Source: Octopus sinensis
Taxonomy: Eukaryota
Length of the DNA: 64,000 bases
Reading direction: 5' to 3'
NCBI RefSeq assembly: GCF_006345805.1
Contig: NC_043010.1
Location: 35,712,001 to 35,776,000, forward strand
The notes under the pieces were generated by a model that worked only from the letters and a program-made list of their open reading frames with translations, searched no databases and was not told the DNA's origin. Shown here in pieces: positions 1 through 13,075 of the stretch (the stretch's first letter is position 1; every line of letters starts with the position of its first letter). The position numbers and the translations under genes were made by a program.

Positions 1-492
1 AATATTTAAATTAAAAGAATTAAATATAGTTTATTTTCATTTGAACTTTCCCTCTGTGTCAGATAATATCATACACTTTGCTAGTTAAATCTGAACTTTG
101 GTTCAATTATCTAATAAACTTGAAGGGTGTGTTATAAAGAAACACTCCTGATGAGGTTGACTTCACCTTTCATCCTTTAGAGGGTTGATAAATTAAGTAC
201 CAATTGAACACTGGGGGTCGATAGAATCGCCTACCCCCTCCTCCGAAATTGCTGGCCTTGTGCCAAAATTTGAACTCAGTATTATGCTAAACAGTTTAGT
301 TATTATCGCATCTAAAGAGAGCATGTGGTTATGACAACTGTAGCATTACAGTTTAGACTCAGTCGGGTTTCAGTTTTTATGCATTTAGGATCTCTGTCTC
401 TCTGTTTATAGCCACCTCTTCTCCCCCGTCTCTCCTCCCACTCTTCCCCAATCCTCCTTCTTTCTCCCCTTCTCTCTTTCTCTTTTTTCCCA

Positions 493-1010
493 GATGTGTA
501 GCAGCATGACATACCCTCATTGACACATCCAAAAACCATCACAGTTTTGGGGAACTTGGTTTTCATGACATGTGGGATATCACATGGATTGTAGGCAAGC
601 CACCTGTTGTTCTGGGTATTGTGCAATTGGTCCTTACAGACGTTCTTTTCATGTGAGAAGAACCATATCACTCCCGGCTCAACAGGACACATCAGCTTGA
701 TCAAAAGCTTCTTTGCCTTTGTCAAGTGGTTCTCCTTGGCTTTGGCTGTCAGAATTTGTCCCTTGCATCTCTTGTATGAGTGGTTGTAAAAGTCCTCCAT
801 TCAGGGCCAGTTTCATGGTGGTAACACCAATTCCCATCTCTCTTACCAAAGCCTGGATTCCCTTGCTCAGATTTTGCATCTCCTTGTCTTGCAATTATTG
901 GATGAGTTGTGGCATGCAAATGCAGTCAGAATGCCTACTGTGTTCCTTCCTGTTGGTCACAGCTTCATTGTCTCTGTTGCAGCTCTCCATATCATGCCTT
1001 ACCACCTTTA
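493..1010 (-). mobile_element. Decayed IS630-Tc1-mariner transposase fragment (maT/DD37D-like)
   Basis: Minus-strand frames give IQALVREMGIGVTTMKLAL, SYKRCKGQILT and WFFSHEKN...NTQNNRWLA...VMKTKFPKTVMVFGCV; frameshifted and truncated. Confidence 0.75.
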
Positions 1011-1276
1011 CAAAATTCACAGAGCATTGAGCAGCAGTTATGATGTTGAAAATTTGATATTTTGATACCTGGTGTAAATCATCATGATACATGTAACCCT
1101 TTCCCCCCAATATTCAGATGGCTTCCAGTCTTCTATGTGAACTAACTTTTTCTCAACTATAGCTTTAATCATTATGCTCTCCAATGCTGTTGACGGCTCC
1201 CCAATATGTTAAGCTGTTCCTGAAAAAAACAGAAGACATAAAATATCGTCACACTTAGCCCAAACATGCTGTAAAC

Positions 1277-1498
1277 CTCCTCGAGGAATGTAAAGATGCA
1301 GGCTGGGAAGCAGAGCATTTTCCAATCGAAGTTGGATGTAGAGGGTTTGTTGGATGCAGTGTGAGACGACTGTTGTTGTCGTTAGGCCTAACTCATCGTA
1401 AATTCAGTACCACCATGGCTGATATCCAAACTACAGTGGAGAAGGCTAGCCACTGGATTTGGTTAAAAAGAGACGATGAGCGATGGCTAAAGAAATAG
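1277..1498 (+). mobile_element. 3' end of a restriction-like-endonuclease non-LTR retrotransposon (Hero/NeSL-like), 5'-truncated
   Basis: Frame absent from the ORF track: LLEECKDAGWEAEHFPIEVGCRGFVGCSVRRLLLSLG...VEKASHWIWLKRDDERWLKK*. PxEVGCRGF and A-S-x-W-x-W-L-K-R are typical RLE C-terminal motifs. Confidence 0.8.
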
Positions 1499-2759
1499 TG
1501 AGCTTTATTTAATAACCACATGACACACATTCTCTCCTGATGACCCTGTACACTTGCTGGCTTCTGGTATGCAGAGTTCTTGACTGGTAGCACTTGCATG
1601 TATAAACATATATGCAAGACCTGCATATATGTGTACATATATATATATATGTGGGTATATAGATGTGCATATATATGTGTATGTATACACACACACACAT
1701 ATATATTTCCTTTCATTCTTTGTTATCGTTGTCTCACTTTACTTTGGCCTACTTTAGTACTCGGAAGAGCCATCAAGTGTCACAGTTACAAATCCTTCCC
1801 TCCTCTACAGTAAATGAGGCTGACTGTTTAATTATTCAATTATTCATTGTCTTCAATTGTTGTGAAAGGTCAGGTCACAAACGGTTTTTATTGTTGGATT
1901 ATAATAATAATAATAATAATAATAGTAATAATAAAAAAAATCATTATTGTTGTTGTGTCCATGAGAGACCTGGTTTTTGTATTCATTTATGTAACATTTC
2001 TGACTGTAATACCTCAAAATGGTGTCTTCTTTGTTTGTTGTATTTTGCCTTTTTTGGAATATAGTTTGCAAGTGTGAGCTGTCACCTGTCCAACCTGACA
2101 TAATTACTCCTTTGTTGTTCAACTATGTGTATGTATGCATATATATGTGTGTATGTGTGTGTGCCTGTCTGTCTATATGTTTGTGTGCTGGATCACCATC
2201 ATCATATATCGGCCAGTTTTCCATGCTTTCATGTGTCAAACAGAATTTACTAAGGCATTTTGCTTAAGGCTTGGATGCTCTTTCTGTCACTAACCCTCAC
2301 CTGTTTCCAAGCTAGAAGATAATATTTTTTCATAGTTAGACATGGTTTACATGAAAGACTGGAAACAAGTAACTTCACTTGTCCAATGATAATGCTCATT
2401 TACAACCATCACATGATGTCTAGATAAGGGTACACACACACACACGACAGGCTTCTTTCAGTTTCTCTCTACCAAATCCACCTACAAACCTTTAGTTGGC
2501 CTGAGGCTACAGTAGAAGGCACTTGCCCAAGATACTGTGCTGTCAGATTGAACCCGTTACCACATGGTTGGGAAGAAAGCTTCTTAACCACATACCCATA
2601 CCTGTACCTATATATTTATGTGTATGTGTGTGTGAATAAAAATTCATTTGTTTGTTTTACATCAGTGTTTCCCAAGCTTTCATGTGTTGGATGAATATGC
2701 TAGTTATACAAGACCCTGTTTTACAGCTGGATGCTGAACCTGACACTAACCTTGCAATA

Positions 2760-3300
2760 AAATAGGAGTGGATCTGTTGACTAATCTAGGCTGTTTTTTT
2801 TTTGTAAGTTTCTGCATCATTTGGTCCAGTTGGCTGCTGTATACTTTGGCTGTAATTGATGAGCCAGGTTTCATCAATTTCATAATGGATCACACCTGTG
2901 CCAGACCACCAAACACACACCATCAGCTTCTTTTGATGAATTTTGCTTTTTGGACTGTGTTTTAGTGGCTCGTCTTTGTACAACCATTGTGCTGAACGTT
3001 TATGGTTGTTGTATTGGATCCATTTCTCATCACATGTTACAATTCAATTAAAAAATGATTCAATTTTGTGACGAGAAAGTAGCACAATGCAGGCTTCCAA
3101 ACGTTGCTGTTTCTGATTTTTATTGAGTTCATGTGGAAACCACTTATCCAACTTTTTTACTTTACCGATTTGAACTAGGTGAGTCAGTATTGTTTGCTTG
3201 CTAACACCAAATAACAACAATAATGAGAAGGATCTGACTCGACGGTGGCTTTCTGTTCATCATTATCCACCTTTGTTTCTGGTCGACCGTGTTGCTCATT
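2760..3300 (-). mobile_element. Decayed mariner transposase fragment
   Basis: Minus strand encodes IVTCDEKWIQYNNHKRSAQWLYKDEPLKHSPKSKIHQKKLMVCVWWSGTGVIHYE. Confidence 0.85.
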
Positions 3301-3739
3301 TGTTAACAGAAGAGACTGACAACACTAACCAGACTACCACTGTCATACAAACAATTGCCAATGTAAATAAATATACAGACACACATGCATGCTAACATAC
3401 ATACATGTATGTATTAACACACCTGTTCATATATACCTCAACACACATATACACAATATTCTTCTTTCTTTTAGTTTCCATCTACCAAATCCACATATAA
3501 GGCTTTGGTCATTGCACCTCCACACACACACATGCACACACACATGATGAGCTTCTTTCAGTTTCCATCTACCAAATCCGCTCACAAGGCTTTGGTTGGC
3601 CCAAAGCTATAGTAGAAGTCACCTGCCCAAGGTGCCACGGAGTGGAACTGACTGAACTCAGAACCATGTGGTTGGGAAGAAAGCTTCTTAGCATACAGCC
3701 ACATCTATGCCTATGATAGTGATTTTGAAACTAGTGTTA

Positions 3740-3872
3740 AAATACATGCTAGAATGTCTTTATTAGTTTTTGAAGACAGTTTTAAAGTCAAACACAATAG
3801 TGATAAGATGTTTGATGTAGTTATGGGCTCATATGATGCATCTGAAGTTTGTGAGCTTGTTGGCTTATATAA
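3740..3872 (+). mobile_element. Penelope-like element RT fragment
   Basis: FDVVMGSYDASEVCELVGLY matches the PLE RT motif FDVTMGSxDGAEVCELVGLY. Confidence 0.75.
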
Positions 3873-4879
3873 GGTGGTCATAGATTGTCTTTACAACTTC
3901 CACAAATTTATTGTATCTCTATTAAAGTTACAATATCCATAGATGTGTTGTGTGCAACCAATGAAGCCCTCATGAAAATCTTCTGATGTTTCTAATGAAA
4001 CTTTATCTGTTTGTCTATGTTTTCCATTAAACTCTTCTGTGTTATTTTTATTTCTAATTTTTGTTTTGTAAATTTTTTTCAAATTGTAATGGTAATTTAT
4101 GAACACACTGTATATTTTAGACTCACTTCAGAGGAAGTTCAATTTCATAGATATTGACTTTTAGAGTGATGCTGGTGGCGACAACCACAATGACAACGAT
4201 AACCGCGATGATGGTCCATTAATTTCCCACCATATAACTAGCCATTAGCTTTGATAGATTTAGGAACAATCTAATTAATGTCAGTCAAAGTTTTAACCAT
4301 AAAATTACAAATAGTGCCAATATTAGTGTTGTTAATTCTTTTAGATACACTACAAATTTTTTTTTAGTTAATACATTCCCTATAGAAAGTCAAATAAAAT
4401 AATAAAATATATAAATAAAAAAAAAAAAACAAGAAACTACTGACATCCATCTACCTTATGCCAATCACTCTCTTTTACATTCTCCCATAGAATGTGCCAT
4501 CTGCTATTATATTGTGTGATTTCTTAAATTTTTGTAATTTGTTCCCAATTTGTTTCATTGTTTTGTTTTCTTGCAATCAATGCCTCTCATCATTATTAGG
4601 TCAAATGAAGTTTATCCAGTGTGATGTATTGATTAACTTGCTTAATACTTATCTATCACCTTTTGTTTTTGTTATTTTCTTTTTTTTTCTCACAATATGA
4701 CGTGCAAATATGGATCAGTGTAAAGCAAACATCAATATTATAGCGATCTAGGGTTTCTTTTTGGTGTTTTAGTTGCTGTTTAATGTTAAATCATCTCTAA
4801 CAAAGAAAACTTGTGATGAAGTGTGTTCCAGCTGTGACCATCCTATTCCATTGCTTTTTGTAAATCTATACAATGTGTT

Positions 4880-5135
4880 GGTTCCATGTAAAAAGCACCT
4901 GTGCTGGTGCCACGTAGAAGGTACCCATTTTGGTGTCATGTAAAAAGCACCGGTGCCACGTAAAAGCGCCTATGCTAGTGTCACATATAAAGCACCTGTG
5001 CCTCATAAAAGCACCCATGTTGGTGCCAGTGCTACATATAAAGCACCTTTGCCAGTGCTGTCTATAAAGCATCTGTGCCAGTGTGACATAAAACACCTGT
5101 GCCGGTGTCACATATAAAGCACCTGTGTGATGTCG
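4880..5135 (+). repeat. Minisatellite of about 22-nt units (taaaagcacctgtgccggtgccac-like), about 10 copies, joined to a dispersed repeat tail
   Basis: aaagcacc recurs at about 22-nt period. The same unit occurs at 9360-9450, 31685-31760 and 46440-46530. Confidence 0.85.
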
Positions 5136-6902
5136 TGTAAAGTGGCTGGCATTAGGAAGTTTATCTAGCTGTAGAAACCATGCCAAAACAGGCACTTTGA
5201 GCCTGGGCAGCACTCCGGTTGGCCATCTCCTGTCAAACCGCTCGACCCATGCCAACATGGAGAACAGACATTAGATGATGGTGATGATGGGATGAGGATG
5301 GTCTAACCTTCCCTTTTTAATTTTATCATTTACATTTTAGTCAAAAGGAGTTGTGATCGGATGCTTAGGACACAGTCTTTTCAAACCCTTCCTTTTATGC
5401 TAGTAACATTGATGCAGTTGATGTTGGGCTTGAATTTCTGTTGGTTGATGTGGGTCATATGAGACATTGTGGGAGCCTCTACACAGTCACTGTGATCAGC
5501 TAGAGATAGCAGCTAAATCTTGAAATTATTGGGTTGGTGCATAGTTATTGTGGTTTTTTTCAACAAATTTTATTTAACAAAAACAATAACATGTAGCAAA
5601 AGCATCTTTAAATGATTATTCCAGACCATATTCACCATCTACTTCAATTTCTGCTTCCTGTTTGCTTGGCAGATGGTCAAACTGTCATTTAAAGATGTTT
5701 TTGCTAAAATGAGTAGTAACTATATGTCAAAAGGCCAGCTTTGTCACATTCTGTGTCATGCTGAAACTCCCTGAGAACTATGTTAAGGGTACATGTGTCT
5801 GTGGAGTACTCAACCACTTGCATTTCAATTGCATGAGCAGGATGTTTTGTTGATTGGATCAATTGGAACCTCATCATCATAATTGACAGAGTGCTAGTTA
5901 TAGCTCTGGGCCCACCAAAACCTTGTGAGTGGATTTGGTAGATGAAAACTGAAAGAAGCCCATTGTATTTATGTATATGTTTGTGTGTGTATGTATTACT
6001 GTTTGTCGCCTTGCCTTGACATCATATGATAGTTGTAAGCAAGTGTCGCCATCATGCAAGTGGTATTGTCCTTTTCCAATCTTCCATGAAAACATGTCTG
6101 GTCATGAGGAAATATTATCTTACTTGGAATCATTCAAAGGATGGTGAAAGGAATGCTATTTGGCCTTAGGAAAAAAAAATCATTTCAACAAATTCCATCC
6201 CACCCATGCAAGCATGGAAAAGTGGACATTAAAAACAATGAAATGATGATTTCTTTCAATGCAATTTTAAGAGAATGCTACATTTGCTTAAATTTTATAT
6301 TCAATGTTCTAATCTCTTAAAGGAAGGATTATGTACCTGATTGAGGTAATTTCTTTAAAAATGGTTATTTGCAAAGTTGTTTCAGATGTTTGATCTTTTA
6401 CTTTGCAGCTTTGGTATACTGTAGACTTCTGAACTGGTGAACAAAGATGTTCTGTATTTTGTTTTATTATATTTCTATAACTTATATTTTTTTATCTTTT
6501 ACTTGTTTCAGTCATTGGAGTGTGGTCATGCTGGGGCACTGCCTCAAAGGGTTTTAGTTGAAACAAATTGACTTTAGTACTTACATTTAAAAAAAAATCT
6601 GGTACTTATTCTATCGGTTTCTTTTGCCTAAATGCTAAGTTATGAGGATGTAAGCAAACTAACACCACTTTTCAAGCAGTGGAGGGAGTAACAAGCACAC
6701 ACACACATACACACACACACACAGTTGGCGTCCACACAACTTCTGTCTACATATAAACAACAGCAGCAATATCAGCAGAGGTTGGGAAGTATTGAAGTAT
6801 TTTGTGAAGGATTGTGAGAGATAAGGCACAATAGGGATGACGGATGTTTGTGACATAGGTGAATTGGATAAGTGTAGTTCTGGAAGGTACACAGCTTGTT
6901 AG

Positions 6903-6965
<63 letters not shown>

Positions 6966-8794
6966 ATATTGAATCTGTTGAAAATAATGTCACAGTTATA
7001 GGTTTACCAAGAGACAAATCACTGGATCAATGTATTTCTTATGGTGAGATTGATAAGGGAGGGCTCTGTAACTTCAGTGGAACAAATTACTTTCTCATGA
7101 ATGCTTACATACTTTGCTAATATATGCAAGGAAAACTCTCTCTTATATCACACACACACACGCATGCGTATGTGTGCGCACACATAGGGAGTCTTGTTCA
7201 GTTATAATTTTGTGAGTGTGTGTGTGTGTGTATCTTGGACTTGCTCACAAGGTATTGGTCAGTTCAAAGCTATGTCAGAAGTAAAATGTGCAAGGTGCTG
7301 CGCAGTTGGATGGAACCCAGAACCAGGCAATTGTGAAACAAACTCCTTAACCTCACAGCCATGCCTATTCAGTGGAGCAAGAATTATTGTAGCAAGAATA
7401 CAAGGGACTGATTGAGGATACAGCATGTTGATGTGCTAATTGTTAATGTTGTAGTCCATTGTTGAGTGAAGGTGTGGATGGCATTTAATTTGTTTTGATT
7501 TGGAAATGTCATGCCAAATCAGATTGGAGTCTGGTGCAGTCATCTGGTTCACCAGACCTCAGTCAAATTGTCCAACCCATGCTAGCATGGAAAGCAGACG
7601 TTAAACGATGATGATGATGATTCAGTTCCAGTTCTTTGCTAACTTAACAGATCTATGATCAATGGCATTCCAGTCTTGATCATCCTATCCTTCTCTTAGA
7701 CACTTCACATGTAGGACTATATTATCCAATGCAATTTTCTCTCAAGACAGTAGCGTGTCATTTGGAGGATTTGCTTGCTATTTCTAGCTTGTCAGGCAAC
7801 CACAAAGAGGTTGCTATGTTGGCTTAACAGTATAGATAATTGAGCAATAGGTTAGATTTGTAACAGCTGTTCAGAAGTCTGGTAAAATTTTTATGAGGCA
7901 AGGTTTCCATGTTTGTGGCTTAAGTTTCAATTGGGTGTCGAAGCCAGTTCAACTCAGAGAAAAGCTTTAACATTATCTCATCTAATTCCACCTTTTGAAC
8001 ATGAAATGATATTACCATATACCATAAGTCCTTTAGCCTACTAATGGCATCTCTTTTCTGCTGCTCCACCACTTATATCACATAGTATATTCTTATCAAT
8101 ATTAGAGACAATAGTCAGCTGTGTAACTAGCCTGGAACTACACCAATCTATAGTTGTGTGAATCGATAACAGTTGTGAATTGGCAGAATCAATAGAGCAT
8201 TGCATAATATTCTTTGCAGTCTTTAGTTATGTTGTTTTTACATTCTTTGTTAAAATCCTGCCAATTCAACTTTGCTTTTTAATTGAATACGCCCGAACTT
8301 GGTATACAAAAAGCTCGTTGTTATAACATGTCACATGATATAATCCCATTAATGTTAGAGACAGCTGTGTAATCAGCTTTGAGGAAGAAATGTTTTTTTC
8401 TCTATTTGTTATTTAGTCTGAGCAATCCAGATGGTGCCGTAAACCCTTTTCTGAGGTTTCACAGACTCATGAAGCCAATGTTGTTGATGTTCAAGTTGAT
8501 GTTTGAATGGAATAACTTCCAGAGGATTGGAGTAACGTTTGGTGAAAATAAAAAAAGTATTTGGTGTGGAGTGTGTCTGGTTGATGTGAAACATGTAGGA
8601 CATAGGCTTGGAATCAGAGGGTACAAGCACCCCCCCTAAATTTTTGTGGGGGCAGTGTTAACACTTTGAATGCCCTAGTCTGAATCTGGGTATGCAGCTC
8701 CTAAAAAAATTTCATTCCTGCACTTATGTGTAGGGATGATGATGATGATGAGAAGGAGGAGGAGGGAGAAGAGGATAGTTAAGTGTATGTGTGA

Positions 8795-9035
8795 AGACAC
8801 ATGGCTTAGTGGTTAGAGTGTTGGACTCATAATCATTAGATAGTGGTTTTGATTTCTGGACTGGGTGGCGTGTCTTGAGCAAGACACTTTATTTCACGTT
8901 GCTCCAGTTCACTCAGCTGGCAACAGTGAGTAATCCTGCGATGGACTGGTGTCCCATCCAGGTGGGAAATTTATATGCCATGGAAAGCAGCCCTTATGAG
9001 TTGGTACGACTTGAGAAGGTAGCTTTACCTTTACC
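8795..9035 (+). mobile_element. tRNA-derived SINE (second family)
   Basis: A-box-like tggcttagtggttag, B-box-like ggttttgatttc, body gtcttgagcaagacactttatttcacgttgctccagttcactcagctg. Relatives lie at about 13740-14075(-), 25140-25370, 39580-39775(-), 47300-47535(-) and 60440-60570(-). Confidence 0.75.
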
Positions 9036-9574
9036 TTTTTAGTTAAGTGTCTTGAGTCGAGTCAGTAGGGTGTTGTACACAGCTTACCAGTTCAAAAGAG
9101 CAGTATCTGTTGTAGTTGCAGTTGAAGAGAAAAGAGTGTGGGTGAAAACCTTTGGAGGGTTTTGTGGTTGTCCTTTGTGGCTGTTCTGTTTTTAGCAAGA
9201 ATACATTCTTTCGCATTGTAAAGTTATATGTTGTAGAGTTGTGGAGTCCTCTGTTTTTTTTTTTTATTTGCATGTTTCTGAGATGCCTGGTGCCTTGCTA
9301 TGTTCAAGAAGACTCATACTCCACAGCAGAAGTGTTAAGACTGGTCCTTCTAGTGGTGTAAAGCACTCATGGCAGTGTCATGTAAAAGTGCCCTGTGTGA
9401 TGACATGAAAAAGCGCCTATATGGTGCCACATAAAAGCATCTGTGTGGCACCAGGTAAATGTTTTGTGAGTGAATTTGGTAAACGGAAACTGTATGGAAG
9501 CTCATCATATTTGTGTGTTTTGTGTCTGTGTTTATCCCTACTCCCACTACATGACTTACTGTTGGTTTATTCTC

Positions 9575-9945
9575 TCTTTACTCTGTTACTTGTTTCAGTC
9601 ATTTGACTGTGGCCATGCTGGAGCACTGCCTTTAGTCAAGCAACTTTGACCCAAGGACTTATTCTTTGTAAGCCTAGTACTTATTCTATCGGTCTCTTTT
9701 GCTGAACCACTAAGTTCCGGGTACGTAAACACACCAGCATCGGTTGTCAAGCAATGTTGGGGGGACAAACACAGACATACATATACATATATATGACGAG
9801 CTTCTTTCAGTTTCCGTCTACCAGGCTTTGGTCAACCTGAGGCTATAGTAGAAGACACTTGCCCAAAATGCCACGCAGTGGGACTGAACATGGAACCATG
9901 TGGTTGGTAAGCAAGCCACTTACCACATAGCCACTCCTGTGCCTA
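9575..9945 (-). mobile_element. tRNA-derived SINE (major family)
   Basis: Reverse complement of the family at 11955-12385. Confidence 0.85.
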
Positions 9946-11024
9946 TGGAGTTTACATCATACCTTAGCAGATAGGCAAAAGATTCTCTTAGAATAAGTAC
10001 AGATTTAAAAATAAATACTGGGGTTGATTTGATCAACCGGTGGTGCCCCAGCATGGCTGCAGTCCAATGGCTGAAACAAAAGATAAAATATTATTTAGAC
10101 ATGATTACTGTGAGGTTTAGGTGTTGGGCTACTGATCAAATGGTTGTAAGTTCAATTCTTTCTTCTATCATTATATTTAATTCCTGAGCAAGTAACCTAA
10201 TTCTATTTACTCCAGATTGCCTTGTCAACGTTATTGAATAGTTTTCATTCCTACTTCACAATTATATATTTAGTGGTAGGAAGCTTGTCCAACTGTAAAA
10301 CTGTTCTTGTAACAAATAACCAATCCCACTCATTTGATCATATAAACAAATTTAAAACACACACACACACACAAAAACAACATATTACTGAACTTTTCTT
10401 AGCTTCAGTTAGCTCTCACTCTCATATACATTATAAACCATATTATACGGTTTCAAATTTTGGCACAAGATTAGCAAATTTGATGTGAGTGAATAAGTCA
10501 ATTACATTGACACCAATGCCCAATTGGTACTTATTTCATCAACCCTGAAAGGATGAAAAGCAAAATTGACTGTAGCAGAACTTGAACTCAGAACATAAAG
10601 ATGGACAAAATGTTGCTAAGCATTTTGTACAGCATACCAACAATTCTTCTTGCTCACCATCTTAAATTCTCATATTATATTCCAGCCAATGAAGCACCCC
10701 TTTGTGATCACTAAATTTAATAGAAATAGTAATTGTTAATTAAGGAAGGACATGTTCAGTAATGTAGTCATATATACACTGCCTGAGGGAAAATAAAGAC
10801 AGGAATGTCATGGTTGGAATGCAACAGATCAGAAATGTACTTGATCAAGATTGATCTGGGATTGAATAATAACCGATACTAGATGAAACAATGGGAATAA
10901 CAATAATGATAACAGTATCATTCCAAAGAAAAGGTTACAACAACAGGATTCTCCCAAGATCAATAATAATTTGTTTTTGGATTTGGTTTGCAAGATTCTT
11001 TATATGAGTTTGTGTGTTGAAGCA

Positions 11025-11302
11025 TATTCTGTTGTGTCTGGGGAGAGTCATTTTCTTTTGGTGCCTTATAATGTAACACACACACCGGTAAAATTTCCAC
11101 TTTTTTCTTATTTTTATTCTCCTAAACTTTTCGTTGCGTCTTGAAACCTTTTCAATAGTTTTGACTCAAAACTATTGAAAAGGTTGCAAGACAAATCGGA
11201 AATTTTAGGAGAATAAAAATAAGAAAAAAGTGGAAATTTTACTGGTGTGTGTATATTATAAGGCACAAAAAGAAAATGACTCTCCCCAGGCACAACAGAA
11301 TA
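11025..11302. repeat. Imperfect palindrome of about 278 bp centred on 11165
   Basis: Centre aatagttttga-c-tcaaaactatt; outer arms tattctgttgtgtctggggagagtcattttctttt and aaaagaaaatgactctccccaggcacaacagaata. Confidence 0.92.
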
Positions 11303-11449
11303 ATAATTTGTTTGCAGATCAAATATGTTAAGCAATCTAGTTCTTTTAATACTGATGTGTTTAGGGTGAGTCATTACTGAATTTTTCTTAGCTTTAGTAA
11401 GCTTTCACTTTCATACACATTACAGCGCATATTGTATGGTTTCTTTTAT

Positions 11450-11935
11450 ATTGTATATTTCAATGAAATATATATTTCTATGAAATATATATTTCTTTTA
11501 CCTTAATCTCAATGTACTGTTTCCACTAAAAGGTCTATATTTTTAGTTTCATCTTACTAGGTCCCTCTAGTGTTTTTAAGTAAAACATCTAAAGCTTACT
11601 TTTAAATCACACTGGTATTGTTAGTGTTTTCCATGAAATGTCTACATTTTACATCAGTCTAACAGATTCCTATAGTATTTTTAATTGAATGTCCCTCCTT
11701 TATTGAATGTCTTTACTTCAACTAGTTATTTAATAAAATGTTGATATTTTACCTCAATCTCACCCATCCCTCTAGATTTTTTTAGTAAAATGTCTAAATT
11801 TTGACTTTTATCTCACAGGAATGTTTTGTGTTTTGAATGAAATGTGTCTGTATTTCACACCAATCCATTTGGAAAGTTCAGTAAAATGTCTATATATTTT
11901 ACTTTAATGTCACAAATCTTTTACGGTTTTCAAAA
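11450..11935. repeat. Degenerate AT-rich minisatellite, period about 50-60 bp
   Basis: Recurrent aaatgtcta...ttttac...aatctcac units. Confidence 0.6.
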
Positions 11936-11954
11936 AAAAATATCTTCATCATAC

Positions 11955-12385
11955 GGCGTCGTAGTGGCTGTGTGGTAAGTAGTTTGCTTACCAACTACAT
12001 GGTTCTGGGTTCAGTATCACTGCGTTGCAACTTGGGCAAGTGTCTTCTACTATAGTCTCGGGCTGACCAAAGCCTTGTGAGTGGATTTGGTAGACGGAAA
12101 CTGAAAGAAGGCCGTCGTATATGTATATGTGTATATATATATATATATGTACTTGTGTGTATGTGTTTGTGTGTATGTGTTTGTTTCCCTCAAATCGCTT
12201 GACAACCGATGCTGATGTGTTTGTTGCATACCCCGTAACTTAATGGTTCGGCAAAAGAGACCGATAGAATAAGTATTAGGCTTACAAAGAATAAGTGCTG
12301 GGGTCGATTTGCTCGACTAAAGGCGGTGCTCCAGCATGGCCACAGTCAAATGACTGAAACAAGTAAAAGAGAGTAACGAGTAAGA
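11955..12385 (+). mobile_element. Full-length tRNA-derived SINE (major family) with an internal TA/TG microsatellite
   Basis: A box gtggctgtgtggtaag, B box gggttcagt, body ccttgtgagtggatttggtagacggaaactgaaagaag, 3' part gatagaataagta...gctccagcatggccacagtcaaatgactgaaacaagtaaaagag. Confidence 0.88.
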
Positions 12386-12391
12386 GTATAC

Positions 12392-12611
12392 TTTAACCAT
12401 TTTGATATTTACCCACATGAAATTGCACCTGGTTCTATGAAACAAACAAACTATTTAAAATGATCCAAATCAAAACTTTCCTTTGAAAGTTCATGTTATT
12501 TTCCATTAGTTTAATAATGAGAAAGTTATTTTATTATTAAGTCGTTATTTTCAAAATTAATTAAAACAAAGGCAGTGTACTTGAACAGAAATACGGTAGC
12601 AAAAGGGTTAA
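12392..12611. mobile_element. TTAA-flanked piggyBac-like MITE (decayed)
   Basis: Ends ttaaccattttgata and tagcaaaagggttaa; the interior resembles 15193-15421. Confidence 0.55.
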
Positions 12612-12659
12612 TCTTAAAGTGTTTTTTTTTTGTTATAGTATTTTAAAATTAAATATTCC

Positions 12660-13075
12660 GATAGGTAGAGGCATTGCTCTGTGGTAAGAAATTTGTTTCC
12701 CAACCGCATGGTTCTGGGTTCAGTCTCACCATGTAGCACCTTGGGCATTTGTCTTCTAGAGCCTCAGGCTGACCAAACCTTTGTGAGTGGATTTTGTAGA
12801 TGGAAACTGAAAGAAGCCCATCGTGTGTGTGTGTGTGCAGGTGTGTCTTTGTATCTGTGTTTGTCCCAAACCCACCCACCCACCCACCACCACTGCTTGT
12901 TTCTGTTTACATACCTGTAATGTAGTGGTTTGGCAAAAGACACTGACAGACTAAGTACCTAGCTTAAAAAGGTAAGTACTGGGTGGAGGGCTATTTTTTC
13001 AACAAAAATTCTTCAAGGAAGTGCTCCAGCATGGCCTCAGTCAAATGACTAAAACAAGTAAAAAATAAAAGGTAA
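12660..13075 (+). mobile_element. tRNA-derived SINE (major family, diverged)
   Basis: Same head, body and tail as 11955-12385. Confidence 0.8.

Noticed and set aside
145-175. ctgatgag as a hammerhead core
   Set aside because: It lies in a SINE segment (consensus gccgaggtcgactttgcc) with no stem II-GAAA-UH.
4880-5135. CRISPR-like periodic repeat
   Set aside because: The units are contiguous and degenerate, with no unique spacers or cas genes, in a eukaryotic context.
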